From Candidatus Eiseniibacteriota bacterium (GTDB lineage Bacteria > Eisenbacteria > RBG-16-71-46 > SZUA-252), in contig JANMQV010000110.1 of NCBI GenBank assembly GCA_031370645.1, positions 1 to 11,341 on the forward strand: a stretch of DNA of 11,341 nt. Direction: 5' to 3'. A program made the translations under genes and the position numbers. Every line of letters begins with the position of its first letter. Position 1 is the first letter of the stretch. Positions 8,054 to 11,341 of the stretch are shown in pieces. The notes beneath the pieces were generated by a model. It had not been told where the DNA came from and did no database searches. It saw only the letters and a list, made by a program, of their open reading frames with translations.

Positions 8054-8059
8054 GAGGAG
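8054..8059 (+). promoter_or_regulatory. Shine-Dalgarno sequence GAGGAG
   Basis: Lies 7 nt upstream of the in-frame ATG at 8067, which begins a plausible signal peptide. Confidence 0.65.
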
Positions 8060-8066
8060 CTGGCCG

Positions 8067-10073
8067 ATGAGATGGTGGGGAGCGCTCGCCCTCTCAGCAC
8101 TTCTCATCTCCGCGAGCGCGCTCACCGACAGCCCCGTTCGCGCCGCGCCACGGGAACGAATCTACATCCTCGGATTCGACGGCATGGACCTCGCCGTCAC
8201 CCAGCGGCTCCTGGCCGCGGGAAAGCTTCCGAATCTCGCCTGGATGAAAGAGCACGGCGCCATGCGGCGCCTCGAGACGACGAATCCGGCGCAGTCGCCG
8301 GTCGCCTGGTCCACCTTCTCGACGGGCATGAACCCGGGCAAGACCCGGATCTACGATTTCCTCCGCCGGAATCCGAAGACCTACTACCCCGATTTCTCGA
8401 CGGTCACGGTGCAGCGCGGCCGCTTCGCGCTCGGATTCCTGCCGACGCGCGCGCCGAAAATAACGAACAATCGGAAGGGTACGACGTTTTGGGCGATCGC
8501 CGCCCGAAAAGGGATCAAGGCGACGATTCTCGAGGCGCCGATCAATTTCCCTCCCGAGCCCCTCCCTAACGGCGTACTCCTCTCGGGGCTTGGGGTTCCC
8601 GACATTCGCGGAACCATGGGGACCTTCTCCTACTGGGCCACCGACGCCACGAACGCCGGCGACACCGAAATGGGCGGAAAGATCGCGCGCCTGAAAGTCG
8701 ATGCGACGAGCCGCGCGCGATCGGTCGTGCATGGGCCTCGAAATCCCCTCGCGGAGCGCGACTCCGAGGGACGCATTCCCGACCTGACCATCCCCGTCGA
8801 GTTCCAGCGCGTGAAGGGACGCGTCCCCTCGGTGCGGATCTCGCTCCAGGGGAAGGTGAGCATTGTGCGGCAAGGCGAATGGAGCGATTGGTACTCGATC
8901 GGCTTCGCCGTGGCACCGCTCATCACCGTGCGCGGAATCGCGCGGTTCCACGTCGTCGAAGCGTCGCCGGAACTTCGCGTCTATCTCTCCCCCATTTCGC
9001 TCGACCCGCGGCGGCCTCCGATCCCGATCAGCCAGCCGCCGGCCTACAGCGCGCAGGTCGCGCGCCGCATCGGGCTCTACAAGACGCTCGGCTGGCCCGA
9101 AGACACCTGGGCGCTGAACGAGGAGAAGATCGACGAGCGGATCTTCCTCGAAGATCTCCATGGGACGTTCAACCGCCAGCGCGACGTCGTCTTCGACGCG
9201 CTTCGTCAGACCGATCCCGATCTCTTCGTCACGGTGTTTCAGTCGACCGACAAAATCCAGCACATGTTCTGGCGCCTCATCGATCCGAAGCATCCGATGT
9301 ACAACCGGCGCCTGGCCGCGCAATACGGCGGCGAGATCGACCGCGTCTACATGCGCGCCGATACGCTCGCGGGCGAGTTCCTGGCGCGAGCGCGGCGCGA
9401 CGGAAGCACCGTAATCGTCGTCTCCGACCACGGGTTCTCGTCGTTCCGGAAGGCGGTCAACATCAACACCTGGCTCGTCCGAAACGGCTACATGACGCTT
9501 TCGAGAATCGATCCCGTGAGGGACCGGAATCTCGAGGACCTCTTCGGGCGCGGCACGTTCTGGCCGAACGTCGACTGGAAGAAGACGCGCGCCTACGCGC
9601 TCGCCTTGGGCCAGATCTACATCAACGTGAAAGGGCGCGAACGCGACGGTGTCGTCGCCCCGGGCGCGGAGTACGAGGCGGTTCGAAGCGGACTGATGGC
9701 GAAATTCGCGGCGCTCCGCGATCCCGACACGGGGGAGCCGATCGTCCGCCGAATGTTCAAGCGCGAGGACATCTTCAAGGGACCCTACTTCAGCGAGGCT
9801 CCCGATCTGGTGGTGGGCTTCCACGAAGGGTACCGCGTCTCTTGGCAGACCTCGCTCGGCGGCATTCCGCCGGAGATCGTGGTGCCGAACGAGCGGCGCT
9901 GGAGCGCCGACCACTGCTCCGTCGATCCGGAACTCGTACCCGGCGTCTTCTTCTGCAATCGCCCCGTCACGAGTACTGCAGCTCGGATCGAGGACATCGC
10001 CCCCACCGTCCTTCGGCGGCTCGGCATCGCGCCTCCCGCCGACATGGACGGCCACGACCTCGGGATTCAATGA
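8067..10073 (+). CDS. Alkaline phosphatase superfamily protein (type I phosphodiesterase/nucleotide pyrophosphatase-like), secreted, ~668 aa
   Basis: Motifs ILGFDGMD (metal Asp), TTNPAQSPVAWSTFSTGMNPGK (nucleophile region), STDKIQH, VVSDHGF, GQIYIN, APDLVV, WSADH and DIAPTVL. Signal peptide MRWWGALALSALLISASAL...VRA. The ORF is open from ATG 8019, but 8067 has the RBS. Confidence 0.9.
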   Translation: MRWWGALALSALLISASALTDSPVRAAPRERIYILGFDGMDLAVTQRLLAAGKLPNLAWMKEHGAMRRLETTNPAQSPVAWSTFSTGMNPGKTRIYDFLRRNPKTYYPDFSTVTVQRGRFALGFLPTRAPKITNNRKGTTFWAIAARKGIKATILEAPINFPPEPLPNGVLLSGLGVPDIRGTMGTFSYWATDATNAGDTEMGGKIARLKVDATSRARSVVHGPRNPLAERDSEGRIPDLTIPVEFQRVKGRVPSVRISLQGKVSIVRQGEWSDWYSIGFAVAPLITVRGIARFHVVEASPELRVYLSPISLDPRRPPIPISQPPAYSAQVARRIGLYKTLGWPEDTWALNEEKIDERIFLEDLHGTFNRQRDVVFDALRQTDPDLFVTVFQSTDKIQHMFWRLIDPKHPMYNRRLAAQYGGEIDRVYMRADTLAGEFLARARRDGSTVIVVSDHGFSSFRKAVNINTWLVRNGYMTLSRIDPVRDRNLEDLFGRGTFWPNVDWKKTRAYALALGQIYINVKGRERDGVVAPGAEYEAVRSGLMAKFAALRDPDTGEPIVRRMFKREDIFKGPYFSEAPDLVVGFHEGYRVSWQTSLGGIPPEIVVPNERRWSADHCSVDPELVPGVFFCNRPVTSTAARIEDIAPTVLRRLGIAPPADMDGHDLGIQ

Positions 10074-10981
10074 CCGGTCGCTGGCGAATCTACTGGGAGC
10101 TGGCCCGCCCCTTCACGCTCATCGCCCCGGCGCTCGGCATCTTCACCGGGAGCGTCATCGCGCTCGGCGCCCCGCCCACCGTTCCGCTCACCTCGTGGGT
10201 TGTCCTGAAAATCGCCAGCGGCACCCTCATGGCCGCGGTGCTGAACGGCGCCTCGAACACGCTGAACCAGGTGACCGACCTCGAGGCCGACCGGATCAAC
10301 AAGCCGAAGCGCCCGCTTCCCGAAGGGCGGATCGGGCCGGCGGAGGCGCTGAGGGCGGCCGGGGTGCTCTACGTCGCCGCGTTCCTGCTGGCGGCCGTGG
10401 CGGGGCCGCAATGCGTCTGGCTCGCGGGAATCGCAGCGCTCCTCACGGTCCTCTATTCAGCGCCTCCGTTTCGCCTGAAGGCGGTTCCCTACGTGGCGAA
10501 CGTGGTGATCGCGGTGCCTCGCGGGGTGCTCCTGAAGGTGGCGGGATGGTCGTGCGTGCGCGATTTCGGCAGAACGGAGCCGTGGTACATCGGGCTCATC
10601 TTCGGCCTTTTCCTCTTGGGCGCGACGACGACGAAGGACTTCGCCGACGCGCGCGGCGACGAGGCCGCCGGGTTCCGCACCCTTCCGGTGGTGCTCGGAC
10701 CGAAGCGCGCGGCCTGGCTCATCTCGCCGTTTCTTGTGCTCCCTTTCCTGCTGATCCCCTACGGAATCTATGCCGGCATCCTCACCGGCAATGCCACGAT
10801 GCTTTACGCTCTGACCGCTCTCCTGGCCCTCTGGGGCGCGTATGTCGTGACGCTCATGGTCCGGAACCCCGACGACCTGGCGAGGACCGAGAACCACCCC
10901 TCGTGGACGCATATGTACGTGATGATGTTCGTGGCGCAGGTAGGTTTCGCGCTCGCGTACGTCGGGCTGGGGCGCCGCTAG
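10070..10981 (+). CDS. UbiA-superfamily membrane prenyltransferase (resembles HPT/ChlG/DGGGP-synthase group), 303 aa
   Basis: ATGA overlap with the upstream stop. Motifs ELARPFT, first Asp-rich motif NQVTDLEADRINKPKRPLPEG, YSAPPFRLK and second motif KDFADARGDEAAGFRTLPVVLG. Many transmembrane segments. Confidence 0.92.
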   Translation: MTGRWRIYWELARPFTLIAPALGIFTGSVIALGAPPTVPLTSWVVLKIASGTLMAAVLNGASNTLNQVTDLEADRINKPKRPLPEGRIGPAEALRAAGVLYVAAFLLAAVAGPQCVWLAGIAALLTVLYSAPPFRLKAVPYVANVVIAVPRGVLLKVAGWSCVRDFGRTEPWYIGLIFGLFLLGATTTKDFADARGDEAAGFRTLPVVLGPKRAAWLISPFLVLPFLLIPYGIYAGILTGNATMLYALTALLALWGAYVVTLMVRNPDDLARTENHPSWTHMYVMMFVAQVGFALAYVGLGRR

Positions 10982-11004
10982 ACCCTCTCCGAACTCCTAA
11001 AACG

Positions 11005-11043
11005 CGAAGAGGGCGTGCCGGGGAAGCCCGACACGCCCTTTCG
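11005..11043. terminator. Probable intrinsic (possibly bidirectional) terminator hairpin between convergent genes
   Basis: Arms AGGGCGTGCCGGG (11010-11022) and CCCGACACGCCCT (11027-11039) around a 4-nt loop. The single mismatch is a G-U pair on the minus strand, and the stem extends by CGAA/TTCG. Followed by CGTTTT on minus and ATGTTTC on plus, both weak U-tracts. Confidence 0.7.
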
Positions 11044-11050
11044 ATGTTTC

Positions 11051-11074
11051 CGCCGCCCCCACCGGGAGGCAGCG
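11051..11074 (-). other. GC-rich RNA hairpin (10-bp stem, 4-nt loop)
   Basis: Minus strand CGCUGCCUCC-CGGU-GGGGGCGGCG is fully paired with two G-U wobbles, which would be C-A mismatches on the plus strand. Confidence 0.55.
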
Positions 11075-11096
11075 CATTCTGTGCGCCCCTGGACGC

Positions 11097-11200
11097 TTCT
11101 ACGTCACCGCGGTTCGTCCACGCGCCGGAGAGGACGCGCGACGTCGCGCATGTTCTGCGGCCGGTGGAGGGGGGGAACCCGAGCCGCGTATGACGTAAAA
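11097..11200. repeat. Long imperfect inverted repeat (~104-nt rod-like stem-loop) with a central 14-bp perfect palindrome
   Basis: Outer arms ttctacgtca-c-cgcggttcg (11097-11116) and cgagccgcg-ta-tgacgtaaaa (11180-11200). Inner pairings tcca/tgga, gccg/cggc and aggac/gttct. Centre gcgcgacgtcgcgc (11136-11149). Confidence 0.7.
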
Positions 11201-11201
11201 C

Positions 11202-11341
11202 CTACGGGTTGGGAATCGGGGGCTGCGCCGCTCCCATGAGACAGTTGTGGTTGAAGTGCGTGTTGACCGGGTTCAAGTCGGTCGACGTCACCGCACCGCT
11301 ACTGTCGAAGTCGCGCCAGTAGCTACCAATGCCCGTCCCAT
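11202..11341 (-). CDS. C-terminal fragment of a protein with a dockerin/EF-hand-like Ca-binding loop (5' end outside window)
   Basis: Manual translation of 11339-11202: GTGIGSYWRDFDSSGAVTSTDLNPVNTHFNHNCLMGAAQPPIPNP-stop. DFDSSGAVTSTDL fits D-x-D-x-x-G-x-V-x-x-x-D-L. Followed by hairpins. Only 45 codons are visible. Confidence 0.65.
   Translation of the reverse strand, partial: GTGIGSYWRDFDSSGAVTSTDLNPVNTHFNHNCLMGAAQPPIPNP

Noticed and set aside
8879..10069. Apparent ~400-aa N-terminal extension of the prenyltransferase (700-aa ORF), suggesting a fusion or frameshift
   Set aside because: The extension is off-frame sequence inside the intact phosphodiesterase gene. The UbiA-like protein starts cleanly at ATG 10070 with an ATGA overlap.
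8094..10070. 658-aa minus-strand ORF
   Set aside because: Antisense mirror of the phosphodiesterase gene with no family motifs.
11097..11200. Possible SRP RNA, 6S RNA or tRNA
   Set aside because: No SRP domain IV motif with GGAA tetraloop, too short for a typical 6S RNA, and no cloverleaf. Kept only as an unassigned structure.
11015..11239. 74-aa plus-strand ORF, and the 332-aa ORF 10195-11193
   Set aside because: No RBS or motifs. They run through the terminator and hairpins and overlap better-supported genes.
1..11341. CRISPR arrays, transposases, integrases, rRNA or tRNA genes
   Set aside because: No regularly spaced repeats, recombinase motifs or RNA-gene signatures seen. The window is almost entirely occupied by intact coding genes.

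Overview
High-GC bacterial window with two divergent operons. Leftward operon (minus strand, genes overlapping end to start): a ~1414-aa secreted PorU/gingipain-like C25 cysteine peptidase with a C-terminal FlgD-Ig/T9SS-CTD-like domain, then murQ (MurNAc-6-P etherase), a lipoprotein sugar-binding protein and two carbohydrate ABC permeases, the last running off the left edge. Rightward operon: a secreted alkaline-phosphatase-superfamily (type I phosphodiesterase/NPP-like) enzyme coupled to a UbiA-superfamily prenyltransferase resembling the HPT/ChlG/DGGGP-synthase group. Back-to-back sigma70-like promoters separate the operons, and the C25 gene looks leaderless. The right end has a hairpin-rich intergenic region with a likely terminator, plus the 3' end of a convergent gene carrying a dockerin/EF-hand-like loop. 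The gene content suggests an FCB-related lineage such as Eisenbacteria or Latescibacterota (inference only). The most interesting feature is a PorU-like enzyme coupled to MurNAc salvage and facing a phosphodiesterase-prenyltransferase pair, a possible envelope anchoring/recycling system. All family calls come from motif recognition by eye, not database searches.
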